Shown: positions 19,006 through 28,491, numbered from the stretch's first letter. The stretch is 64,000 bases of DNA from an uncultured Bacilli bacterium (GCA_947626035.1 CANQQR010000001.1:13096-77095), one strand, 5' to 3'. Translations and numbers: made by a program. The notes: generated by a model not told the origin, from the letters alone.

Positions 19006-19617
19006 ATGGCTTATAGTATCTTAAAGAAAGATGGTAAGGCTGGGAATATTATTCATTTCCTAGCTGATTCCGCGGACGATTATCCTTTCATCATTGATGT
19101 CTGTGATCCAGGTAGTACAATTACTATTCCGCAGAAAGGCAGCAAGATTATTTATGTAAAAGCACCATCTGGTCAGTGGGTTTGCGTAGAAGGAGAAGGT
19201 GAAGCTTTCCCAGCCAATGACGCAGAAGTTATCGTTCCAGAAGATGACTTTGTTGTCAGCGGAACTGATAGACCTATCAGTGAGTTCCAATCTGATATAC
19301 GTGTATATCCGACAGGTTTAACAACTGGTACTTCTCACTACGCTAAGAATAACGCTCTTTATGGCACAGGCGATGAAGCAAATGGCCACTTTATTGCTTT
19401 TGTTCTTCCGAAGCCTGAAGGCGCGCAGAAAGTTAAGTTAGGATTATCTGGTGAAGGCGCAGCTATTGATATTCCAGATGATGATACTTATATGTTTAGA
19501 CTAGATGAAGCAAGAAAGAATGGTAAGCATACTGCAACAGTAACCTTCTCTGAGAATGGTGGAGATCCTGCTATTGCATCTTTTGCTTTCAATGTATCTA
19601 AGGTAGTTTTTGATTAA
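19006..19617 (+). CDS. Tandem paralog 2 of 3
   Basis: MAYSILKKDGKAGNIIHFLADS...CDPGSTI...KAPSGQW. Confidence 0.5.
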   Translation: MAYSILKKDGKAGNIIHFLADSADDYPFIIDVCDPGSTITIPQKGSKIIYVKAPSGQWVCVEGEGEAFPANDAEVIVPEDDFVVSGTDRPISEFQSDIRVYPTGLTTGTSHYAKNNALYGTGDEANGHFIAFVLPKPEGAQKVKLGLSGEGAAIDIPDDDTYMFRLDEARKNGKHTATVTFSENGGDPAIASFAFNVSKVVFD

Positions 19618-19634
19618 ACGCGGAGGTGACAATT

Positions 19635-20243
19635 ATGGCTTATAGCGTTTTATCAAAAGAAGGTCAGCAAGGAGGCATCATACACTTCCTTGCTGATACA
19701 GATAAAGATATTATATTTATAATTGATGACTGTAACGCAGGTAGCACCATTAGTGTTTTGAAAGAAAAGCCGCATACTTATATGAAAGCACCTAGCGGAA
19801 AGTGGATTTTAGTTAATGGCGATAGCGATTATCAAGTTCCATTCAATAACGCGGAGGTCGAAGTACCTAAAGCAGATGCTAAGTTTAGTGATAAGACCGC
19901 GGCGGACCTTCAAGAGAACATGGTCTTTTATAAAACTGGTTTGGTCACTGGTACACTTAAGAAATCTACCTATCCAGCTATTTATACAGAAGAAGATAAA
20001 AAGAACGAGCAAGATGGCGACACAGGTCACTTCTTCTGTGCTAACTTAAAGACTCCGCCAAAAGCTACAGAGTATAATATGGTTCTCAATGAAGAGACCA
20101 CTGTGAAGGTTAAGCCTGTTGATGACTGGGTTATGGTTTGTATGGAGCATATCCAAGTAAAGGATAAGACCAAGACTGTTAGAATTACATACGATAGCGG
20201 AGAGTCTTTTACTTTTAACTTAGATCATGTTGATTTAGAATGA
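19635..20243 (+). CDS. Tandem paralog 3 of 3
   Basis: MAYSVLSKEGQQGGIIHFLADT...CNAGSTI...KAPSGKW; ATG 19635 after GGAGGTG RBS. Confidence 0.5.
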   Translation: MAYSVLSKEGQQGGIIHFLADTDKDIIFIIDDCNAGSTISVLKEKPHTYMKAPSGKWILVNGDSDYQVPFNNAEVEVPKADAKFSDKTAADLQENMVFYKTGLVTGTLKKSTYPAIYTEEDKKNEQDGDTGHFFCANLKTPPKATEYNMVLNEETTVKVKPVDDWVMVCMEHIQVKDKTKTVRITYDSGESFTFNLDHVDLE

Positions 20244-20293
20244 CGCGGGAACGCGGATATATGACGTCACGGGGCTAGTTTACTAGCCCTTCA

Positions 20294-20367
20294 GGGACCT
20301 TGGCCTAATTGGTTAAGGCATCTGGCTCATAACCAGACGATTCTGGGTTCGAGTCCCAGGGGTCCCA
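20294..20367 (+). tRNA. tRNA-Met/Ile2 (anticodon CAT)
   Basis: Manual cloverleaf: acceptor gggacct/gggtccc, D stem gcct/aggc, anticodon stem tctgg/ccaga with loop ctCATaa, T arm ctgggTTCGAGTcccag. Confidence 0.7.
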
Positions 20368-20386
20368 CTCATAGGGAGGTGTTGAT

Positions 20387-20656
20387 ATGGGTAAATCTTA
20401 TAAAAAGAATCCTTATATCACCCAAGAAAAAGAAAATACTAAATTGCTTAACAGAAGAATAAGGTATGCGAAGCTCTATGAGTTTAATACTCCTGGGTCT
20501 TTTAAGCGTTTTTTCTCTAATTGGGGATACAAGAGTCTATGGACGAAAGAAGATGCAATTGCTTCGTATCTCAAACATCCTGAAAGATATGAAAAGAGTT
20601 TTCCCACGCTTGAAGATTGGCTTGAATACTGGCGGAGATGTGCTTATAGAAAATAG
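20387..20656 (+). CDS. Hypothetical basic protein
   Basis: ORF with GGGAGG RBS immediately after a tRNA. Confidence 0.4.
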   Translation: MGKSYKKNPYITQEKENTKLLNRRIRYAKLYEFNTPGSFKRFFSNWGYKSLWTKEDAIASYLKHPERYEKSFPTLEDWLEYWRRCAYRK

Positions 20657-20919
20657 CGTTTGGGCAAAGTTGATTAATTGATTTTAACAAAAATTTTTGA
20701 TATAATATTTATATGATAAGAAAGGAAAGATGAACAAACGGATCGTAGTAATCTTTCTGTAAATTTTTTCAGACCAGGATCCTCGTCCCTAGCGTGATAG
20801 CCTTGAGCTTCGCGCCAAGGCCGCCATGCGGAAAGGCTGTTAGGAAAAATACTTATCATTTGATTTTAAAAAAAATTTTTGTTATAATATATGTATAAGA
20901 AATAAAGAGGAGAAAACGT

Positions 20920-21120
20920 ATGAAGTCTTATTTTGTTGTGACTTTTGGTTGGGAAGGTCTTGCTAAAAGGCATAAGATGGTAGTCAAGTACTCCGATGAT
21001 TTAAAGCTTTGGTTCTGCTATGATGAAACAACCGAGACATACAGAGGTCCCATGTTTCACTCTTATAACGAACTGTATGACTGGATTAGTGACTATACAT
21101 TAATTCAAGAAGCTGGGTAA
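20920..21120 (+). CDS. Hypothetical small protein
   Basis: ORF behind consensus promoter 20860-20900. Confidence 0.35.
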   Translation: MKSYFVVTFGWEGLAKRHKMVVKYSDDLKLWFCYDETTETYRGPMFHSYNELYDWISDYTLIQEAG

Positions 21121-21452
21121 AAATGCTTCATTGATTTTTTAAAAATTTTATGATATAATATATTTATAAGATGAAAGAGTAAATAAAAAACATTTACTCT
21201 CATAGACACCTTTACAGCAAACACATTTTCACCCCTTTCAGAAAATGATGAATAATTAAGGAGGAAGTGGGATTCCCACATCCAGCAGGCGGTAGATTGA
21301 GTTGTTGAGTCACTTTGTATCCGCTGGTTTTACTTACTTACTAACTACTCACGGGTGTCTAGTGACTCCTGACCTGGCTATGGTGTAATGGCTACGAAGA
21401 AAAGTACAATGGGAGTAAGGAGGAATATACCAGTGAATACTCCTTAAAATCT

Positions 21453-21527
21453 TGGGATGTAGTTCAGTTGGTTGAGAATGTCGCTCTGATAAGGCGAAGA
21501 TCTTGGGTTCAAGTCCCGACGTCCCAA
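21453..21527 (+). tRNA. tRNA-Ile (anticodon GAT)
   Basis: Acceptor tgggatg/cgtccca, D stem gttc/gaat, anticodon stem tcgct/ggcga with loop ctGATaa, T arm ttgggTTCAAGTcccga. Confidence 0.65.
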
Positions 21528-21799
21528 CTAAGGAAGATGCGGTCCCTCTCATCCTATGGCAAAAACAGATGCGGGACATATTATATCAAACGGTAGTTTA
21601 ATAGGTTAGAACAACTTTGAGGTTGGTCCTGGTTCGATCCCAGGTCGTGCGATATAAAAACTTTCATTGACTTTTTAAAAAATTTTTGTTATAATATATA
21701 TGTAATCGGAAAAGCAAAGAATCATCTGAAGGTTCGGCGGTGACGTTCTGCCCTAAACGTAAAACCGAGAGTTCGCAGATCTTGATAAAACTGCGGTTT

Positions 21800-21873
21800 G
21801 GCTCCTTCCTCTAACTGGTTTAGGAGGTCTGCCCCTCACGCAGAGAATATGGGTCCGAGTCCCGTAGGAGTCA
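21800..21873 (+). tRNA. tRNA-Glu-like (anticodon CTC; loop cCCTCAc with C at position 33)
   Basis: Acceptor ggctcct/aggagtc, anticodon stem tctgc/gcaga, T arm atgggTCCGAGTcccgt. Confidence 0.5.
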
Positions 21874-22251
21874 CTAAGGCCCGATGGAGTCCTCACGAGT
21901 CCATCCGCACTAAGCAAAGCGTAAAAGTGCTAGAGGATGAGAAGAAAGATTGGAGGGTTCGATTCCCCCGCTGGCAAGTCTGCTGGTCCTGGGTGTGGTA
22001 ATCTGAAGAATCTCATGAGGTTTTGGATAAAGTAAACTTGGTTGCCGCCTTGTTGAAATTGGATGACCTAATCCTCGTTAGGAGCGGCGGCAACCGCTCT
22101 TAAGAGCCACTTCGACTACGTAGGTTAAGTCGCATCTCTCAATAGGAGAGGGATGAAAGTAAGGTGCAAGTCCTTACAGTGGTATTCGTGTCTTTTTAGA
22201 CACTTTGTCATACCTCTCTTAAAAAAATAAAGGCGGTCTTATGACCGTCAC

Positions 22252-22324
22252 GGTCCCTTCTTCTAAGTGGTCAGGAAGCTAGCCCTTCACGCTAGCAATG
22301 TGGGTCCGAACCCCGCAGGGATCA
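22252..22324 (+). tRNA. tRNA-Glu-like (anticodon TTC; loop cCTTCAc with C33)
   Basis: Acceptor ggtccct/agggatc, anticodon stem ctagc/gctag, T arm gtgggTCCGAACccccg; near-paralog of 21800-21873. Confidence 0.5.
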
Positions 22325-23603
22325 TTGAGTACTTATGTACTCATGAGGTGCGCTCTTGACACCTAAAACAGAGCTGCTTTGTTGGTTTATAAGCCAAAAT
22401 CAACCTCTAGCGGGAGTTCCGTAAGGTCTTTGGTCTTGTCACCGTTTAATTCCAAGACTGCGCTACTGGGTAATGGGATCCCGAAAACCGCGGGCGCTGC
22501 TAAAAACTGCGGAGATGTAGATACCAGTGCTACATAAACTTTGCTTGATATTCAGTTCACGTATCATAACAGATACGTAGGAATATTTGTCTTTCCCTCC
22601 GCTTTGCAGTTTTGGTAGTTTCTGTTTTCAAAAACTACCTATATTTTTCTCTATTGATTTTTAATAAAAATTTTGTTATAATATATACATAAGATAAAGA
22701 AAGAAAGATTTTGGCTGTGTCGTATATAGGTTAATACGTCAGATCATCTCTGAAGACTGAGGTTCAATTCCTCACATGGCTATTTACCGGTTTCGAGCAG
22801 GGTAGCTCCCCGTCAACCGGAAACCACTTACCATTCGGGATTTACGTTAGTAAGAATGGGAGTCCAAAGTACAAGGACTAAGCAAGAAGAATTTCTTGTG
22901 ATTTTCTATTAGAACGGTTTAACCATTTGGCTATCTGGGTTCAATTCCCAGAATAGCTACTCGTGGCTCGGCTGTATCCACGTAAAACATGAGCAGTTAT
23001 TGAGATCTCGACCGCGCACTCGGGCGGTATATAAGCTGACAGGGAGTTTTGATGGGTAAGAAAAATCTCGGAAAATATTGTAAAAATCCATTCGGGATTG
23101 TTGACAGAGGTAGCGACTGTCAGTGGCGTCTCGTGATAAAAGCCACGCGTGAAACTCCTTGGGGAAGTTGCAAATTCCTCATGTAGTCCTTGCTCACAAG
23201 GCGGTTATGCAACCGACTGAATGCTTCGGGACTGGCAGACTCCATGGTATGCTCGCTTGAGAGTGTCTGCTCGCTTAGTCAGAGCGTATAGGTGACAGCC
23301 ATATTGTAAGATGGTTATTTACTTACAACGTACTAGCAGATTTTAACTTCCTGTACGTTAAGCAGGTGGAGCATCAGAAGTATGTTTATAAGACTCCGTA
23401 GATACAGACCTACGTTAAAAAGGTGTCGCGCGGAACCCGACGCAAGTTCGAAATATCGGGCGGCTGTGATGGTAGCAATAGATAGTCGCGAATATCCCAC
23501 CCTTCGTACTGTGCGCGAGGTAAAACGAATCCACAGCGTAATAGTATAAACTTCTTAATACGTTAAGTTAAGTGAAGCCAGAAGTACGTTTTCAAGGCTA
23601 TAT

Positions 23604-23686
23604 GCACATGTGGTGGAATGGCATACACCTGGCACTTAAAATGCCACGGACTTTGGTCCATGCGAGTTCGAGTCTCGCCATGTGTA
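23604..23686 (+). tRNA. tRNA-Leu (anticodon TAA), type II with variable arm
   Basis: Acceptor gcacatg/catgtgt, anticodon stem tggca/tgcca with loop ctTAAaa, variable hairpin cggactttggtcc, T arm gcgagTTCGAGTctcgc. Confidence 0.65.
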
Positions 23687-23962
23687 TTGGGAGAGCATAG
23701 ACTCCTAGACATTCACAGGCTGATATACCCTGCAAAGTATACTCACTTGTCATGAACAGCGCGGTTGGTAGATGAAAATCCATGCAAGAGGAAAGAAGCG
23801 TCCCTATCAACTGCGCTCCTCTCTTTGAGCCTGTACCCGAATTGGCATAGGGACTTTTAAACTTAATAAATTCTTTAAAAATTTTGGGTACGATTAACAA
23901 ATCTTCTTCTTTTAATTTTTAAGTATTTATAGAAAATAAAACAATAAAGGAGAAGATTCGTT

Positions 23963-24706
23963 ATGGCTCAAAGATTAGATATATTAGATCGAAAAGAGGA
24001 CATTTTAAGATGGATTGAGGAAGGTCAACCTAAGACTTATATATGCAAGGAGTTGCAATGTAAGCAAAGTACCCTTAACAAGTATTTAGAAATTATGGGT
24101 ATTGAATATAAGGGTGTATCTGGATATAGAACTCCAGAAAGTAGAGAAAAATACAGTAACTATATTGATGCATTAACCTATATTCAAAGAGATAAAAGTG
24201 TTAAATCTAATACATTAAAGCAAAAATTATTTAGAGATGGTATAAAAGAATATAAATGTGAGTTATGTGGTTTAAATACATGGTTAGATGGGCCAATTCC
24301 TCTGGAACTTCATCATAAAGATGGAAATCACTATAATAATAATTTAGATAACTTACAAATTCTATGCCCTAACTGTCACGCATTACAACCTAATAATAGT
24401 GGCAAAGCGGTAAAGATTAAAGTTAAGGAAAAGGAAAAGAAAACAAAGCCTTGCCCTAATTGCGGAAAACCTATTGGGATAAAATCTAGGTTATGCACAG
24501 AATGTGTTCATAAAGAACAATATGTTTGCGATCATCCGTCAAGAGAAGAATTAAAGCAGATGATTAGAACTGTTCCTTTTGCCCAAATTGGTAGAAAATA
24601 TGGAGTAAGTGATAAAGCAATACCAAAATGGTGTATTAGTTATAATCTTCCAAGTAGAAAAAAAGATATAAATGGCATCTCAGACGAAGATTGGGAAAAA
24701 ATTTAA
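23963..24706 (+). CDS. HNH endonuclease with N-terminal HTH (homing-endonuclease-like, inside the tRNA array)
   Basis: ELHHKDGNHYNNNLDNLQILCPNCH HNH motif; additional CxxC pairs. Confidence 0.6.
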   Translation: MAQRLDILDRKEDILRWIEEGQPKTYICKELQCKQSTLNKYLEIMGIEYKGVSGYRTPESREKYSNYIDALTYIQRDKSVKSNTLKQKLFRDGIKEYKCELCGLNTWLDGPIPLELHHKDGNHYNNNLDNLQILCPNCHALQPNNSGKAVKIKVKEKEKKTKPCPNCGKPIGIKSRLCTECVHKEQYVCDHPSREELKQMIRTVPFAQIGRKYGVSDKAIPKWCISYNLPSRKKDINGISDEDWEKI

Positions 24707-24734
24707 TAGGTAGCTATGCTACCTACCTATCTAT

Positions 24735-24823
24735 GGAGCGGTATCCGAATTTGGCACAGGAGCGTGATTTAGGCTCACGTAGGCTGGATAGGCCGTCTAA
24801 GGGTTCGAATCCCTTCCGCTCTA
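24735..24823 (+). tRNA. tRNA-Leu (anticodon TAG), type II
   Basis: Acceptor ggagcgg/ccgctct, anticodon stem cgtga/tcacg with loop ttTAGgc, long variable arm, T arm aagggTTCGAATccctt. Confidence 0.65.
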
Positions 24824-24987
24824 CTGGTTTACTGAGGGTTCAAGTTCCTCTCGGCCTACTAAATGTGTGAGGTTTGGAATCCTCTTAACTCAACCGAGCA
24901 CCGCATTTAAGTACATTTTTCTTGCAAGAAAATTTATTATTAGATGTGTGGCCTTCTCACATACAGCATATAGGACTAGAAGGCATT

Positions 24988-25059
24988 TACGATATGGTGT
25001 AATAGGTAGCACGTTCTCATGTAGGGAGAAAAGTGAAGGTCCGAGTCCTTATATCGTAG
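24988..25059 (+). tRNA. tRNA-Tyr-like (anticodon GTA), short variable arm
   Basis: Acceptor tacgata/tatcgta (perfect), D stem gtgt/gcac, anticodon stem ttctc/gagaa with loop atGTAgg, T arm aaggTCCGAGTcctt. Confidence 0.5.
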
Positions 25060-25341
25060 TTTGGTGAAAAGATTTCTTGTCAGGGCCGGCTATTAAATTA
25101 GCATAACGACCCTGAGTCCTAGGGACAAGAGTTCTGACTAGCCATTTTAGGGCTGTAAGCTAACTTAGTAGAAGCGCATGCCTGAAGAGCAGGAGGACTT
25201 GGAGCGTAACCAAGATGGCCCATTAGGCGGACCCATGAACACATGAGCGTATATGTTCGCTAAGAAAGTCCTTATATCAGACAAAAGTAGAACAAAACTG
25301 ATAGGGTTTGACCTCAGAATCTACTAATGAGGTCAATATTT

Positions 25342-25427
25342 GACGGGATGGCAGAGCTGGTTTAATGCTCCACACTGCTAACGTGGCGATCCTCACGGGT
25401 CCGAAGGTTCGAATCCTTCTCCCGCCG
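25342..25427 (+). tRNA. tRNA-Ser-like (anticodon GCT), long variable arm
   Basis: Anticodon stem ccac/gtgg with loop ctGCTaa, T arm gaaggTTCGAATccttc; acceptor gacggga/tcccgcc has one A.C mismatch, so boundaries are tentative. Confidence 0.4.
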
Positions 25428-25468
25428 TCTGGACGTAACAGTCCAAGATTATAATAAGGAGCGGCGAA

Positions 25469-27361
25469 ATGAGAAAGAAACAAGTATGTGCGATGTTTCT
25501 CTCTACTAGCCTAACCATTATGCACGTTTGCGCGTGCCCTATGACAATTCTAGCTAATGAATGTTATGACGTTACAAGCTTTGAGGAGTTGCAAAATGCA
25601 ATAATGGAGGCTAATAATGGAGACATCATAAGAATTGTAACAAGAGAACCGCTAGAGATTTCAGATACAATAGATATAGATAAAGAATTAACTATCACTG
25701 GCGGAACTCTAACAAGAGCAGAAGACAAAACAATATTTAATGTAACTGGAGATTTAACCCTTGAAAGCATAAAGCTGCAAGGCACAAGAGAAGAGAAGAC
25801 TTGGACACATTCACCAGTAATTTGCGAAGGTAATCTAACATTGGAAGACAATGTTACGATTACTAATTTTATAGCAAGGCGCGGCGGTGGGTTATACGTC
25901 GCGGGCGGTGGTGATGTAGTTCTTAACCAAGGTTCAAGAATTATTAATAACGAGGTCCATGCAATCGATCGCTATAACATAAGCGATTCCGCGGTTGGTG
26001 GAGGTATTTTTATCGACTCAGGCGGCTCAGTGGAGTTAGAAGGCGGTATTATTGATGGTAATAAAGCTACTGTCGAGAATGCTTATGATCAGGTTGCGAT
26101 AGGCGGCGGTGTTGCTATCAAAGAAGGCGGACGCTTCGTTATGAATGGCGGCTATATTACAAACAATAGCGTCAGTGGATATTATGGAACTGCGGAAGGC
26201 GGCGGTATTGCCGCGGGAAGCGACCACTACTATCCATCATTCGAGGGTCTTGGTACTGTAAGTTCAGATGACTTACAACTTAACGCTGGAACCATAGCGT
26301 CTAATAGCGCAGTCCGCGGAGGTGGTATTTATTATCACTCTGGCGATACTTTATATCTTGCGGACGCCGCTATAACCGACAATGAAGCTAGGTTCGGCGG
26401 AGGTATCTGGTATTGCCAAGTAGGTTATGGGCAGCTGGGTACGTCGCTTCACTTAGGCGGCAACCGCGCGTCTCGATATGGTGATGACCTATACTCTGCC
26501 AATCCTTTTGGTATGTTTGATGGTTATGACTGTGCTTTTGAGATGTCGCTGCCAGATACGACAACGTGGTATGACGATTATACCAATAACAAAATAGAAG
26601 ACATAAATAGATATTTGTATGGCTACGCCATGATATGGTACTGGGGCGTAGCTGATGAAAACTTTACAACATGGCTTGATGAAAACTCTGATCTCAACTT
26701 TCCCCTTGATAGGGAATGGGAGGATCTAGCGCTGAAAGCTGAGAATGGCGTGGACAGTTGGTCACACGCGTTACAAATCAAGAACAATGTGGCGTCACAA
26801 GAAGGCGGTGGCATTGCTTGTAACGGTAGACTAGAAGCGCCAGATAAGGAAGTTCCGCCTCCTCCACCTCCGCCAGCTACTCCAAGTGAGCCTGAGAAGG
26901 AAACAGAGCCAGATATTCCAGTATCTACACCTAGTGAACCTGAAAGAGAAACAAGTACTGAAGAGACTACTGCACCTAGCACCGAGGAAACTACTGAAGA
27001 AGAAACTACTCCACCAACAGAAACAAGTAGTGAGGAATATACCGAACCTAGTATTGAGAAAGAAACCACACCTGCGGAGACAGTTCCTGAAGAGCCAGAG
27101 ACTCCGCCAGATGAGACAACGCCTGAACCTGTGACTCCCACAGAGCCGCAGCCCGCGCCTCCAATTGAGTATTTCCCAGATGAGCAAGTTCCATTAGGTA
27201 GTTTTGAAGCATTCGAGGATGAGGAAGTTCCACTCGCACCTTGGGAAGCACCTAGAACAAGTGATACTAATAAGGCTGCACAAGCTGGTTTCATAGCTTT
27301 GCTTGCTCTTGCTTCAATGACTCTGTTTGGTCATGAGATACGTAAACACAAAGATGATTAA
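25469..27361 (+). CDS. Secreted beta-helix repeat protein (polymorphic-membrane-protein-like GGG[IV] repeats) with Pro/Thr/Glu-rich linker and C-terminal hydrophobic anchor
   Basis: N-terminal signal-like segment; at least 7 repeats such as GGGLYVAGGG, GGGIFIDSGG, GGGVAIKEGG, GGGIYYHSG; PPPPPPATPSEPEKETEP... linker; C-terminal AGFIALLALASMTLFG plus KHKDD; higher GC than flanks. Confidence 0.55.
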   Translation: MRKKQVCAMFLSTSLTIMHVCACPMTILANECYDVTSFEELQNAIMEANNGDIIRIVTREPLEISDTIDIDKELTITGGTLTRAEDKTIFNVTGDLTLESIKLQGTREEKTWTHSPVICEGNLTLEDNVTITNFIARRGGGLYVAGGGDVVLNQGSRIINNEVHAIDRYNISDSAVGGGIFIDSGGSVELEGGIIDGNKATVENAYDQVAIGGGVAIKEGGRFVMNGGYITNNSVSGYYGTAEGGGIAAGSDHYYPSFEGLGTVSSDDLQLNAGTIASNSAVRGGGIYYHSGDTLYLADAAITDNEARFGGGIWYCQVGYGQLGTSLHLGGNRASRYGDDLYSANPFGMFDGYDCAFEMSLPDTTTWYDDYTNNKIEDINRYLYGYAMIWYWGVADENFTTWLDENSDLNFPLDREWEDLALKAENGVDSWSHALQIKNNVASQEGGGIACNGRLEAPDKEVPPPPPPPATPSEPEKETEPDIPVSTPSEPERETSTEETTAPSTEETTEEETTPPTETSSEEYTEPSIEKETTPAETVPEEPETPPDETTPEPVTPTEPQPAPPIEYFPDEQVPLGSFEAFEDEEVPLAPWEAPRTSDTNKAAQAGFIALLALASMTLFGHEIRKHKDD

Positions 27362-27431
27362 TTGATTTTTAATAAATTTTTTGTTATAATATATGTATAA
27401 GATAAAGAAAGAGTAAAAGGAGAAAAACAAA

Positions 27432-27746
27432 ATGTATAAATTCTACGTGACGGACAATAAGGTGATTTGTGTAACTACATATGCTGGCAAGACTGTGCGG
27501 GGCGTCGCTAAGTGTGATCCTAGAGATACTTTTGATGAAGAGTTTGGTAAGTCTCTTGCAAAGGCGAGAGCTGACTTTAAGGTAGCTAATAAGCGATATG
27601 ATAGAGCTATGGCTAAGCTGGATGAAGCTAGAGCCGCGAGTCGTAAAGCATATGATCGGGAAGAGGATATGTGGAACTATTTAGAAAGTGCGGAAGCGGA
27701 GTATAACAGAGCCTTAGAAATTATGGAAGCATATGATAATACTTAA
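27432..27746 (+). CDS. Hypothetical protein
   Basis: ORF behind consensus promoter 27362-27400; terminator hairpin gcggtcttatgaccgc 27746-27761. Confidence 0.45.
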   Translation: MYKFYVTDNKVICVTTYAGKTVRGVAKCDPRDTFDEEFGKSLAKARADFKVANKRYDRAMAKLDEARAASRKAYDREEDMWNYLESAEAEYNRALEIMEAYDNT

Positions 27747-27766
27747 GCGGTCTTATGACCGCGAGT

Positions 27767-27857
27767 GGAGGTGTAAGCCTAATTGGTAAGGCAGCGGTCT
27801 TGAAAACCGCTAGTAACCGCGATGAGCGGCGTCAGAGTTCAAGTCTCTGCGCCTCCG
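27767..27857 (+). tRNA. tRNA-Ser (anticodon TGA), type II
   Basis: Acceptor ggaggtg/cgcctcc, anticodon stem gcggt/accgc with loop ctTGAaa, variable arm ccgcgatgagcgg, T arm cagagTTCAAGTctctg. Confidence 0.7.
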
Positions 27858-28128
27858 TTCAACCAAAGAAAAATATTTGATTTTTAAAAAATTTTATGAT
27901 ATAATATATACATAAGATAAAGAGAGAGAGTAAATGCTTTGCATTTACTCTACAACGGGAGAGATGTGCGGAGTCACGTTTCTTAGGCACGTACAGCAAA
28001 TATACTTTAAGCTTATTAAAAGTATTTTGTCGTTGGTTCGATTCCAACTTTTTCTTAATTGAAAAGTAGCTCAGATGGGAGAGCAATACTCAAAGTTTTT
28101 TGTGCCTAGTAAATATTAAAAGGAGGAA

Positions 28129-28491
28129 ATGACTATGGAGCGTTATGCAATTTTGGCTTGTGAAGCAATGTACGGTGGTTCTAATGGTATTTACACAACT
28201 AGGATCTTTGAGGGATCTAGACATGATGCAGAAGAACTTGCAACGCAGCTAAGTTTAGATGTAATGGATAGTTATTTCTTCTTCTATGATGAATTTTCTG
28301 AAGCAGCAAGAGAACAGGGATATGAAGAGAACTCAGATGAGTTTGATGACTATGTCATAAGTTGCTATGAAGAGAATATTGAGTATCGCATTGGAAAGAT
28401 TAGAAGCGATGTTACCCTAACTTCTAATGAATTAGAAGAACTACTTGAAAATGATTGGGAAGAGTTCTTTGAAAAGTATTGTATATTATAA
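28129..28491 (+). CDS. Hypothetical acidic protein
   Basis: ORF with AAAGGAGG RBS. Confidence 0.45.
   Translation: MTMERYAILACEAMYGGSNGIYTTRIFEGSRHDAEELATQLSLDVMDSYFFFYDEFSEAAREQGYEENSDEFDDYVISCYEENIEYRIGKIRSDVTLTSNELEELLENDWEEFFEKYCIL

Noticed and set aside
25564-27294. Antisense or overlapping ORFs within the beta-helix repeat gene (25564-25851, 26036-26227, 26623-27294, 26831-27187, 26886-27134, 27048-27251)
   Set aside because: They lie inside a long, well-supported ORF with signal peptide and repeats. The alternatives are low-complexity (S/G/V or R/L-rich) and lack translation signals.
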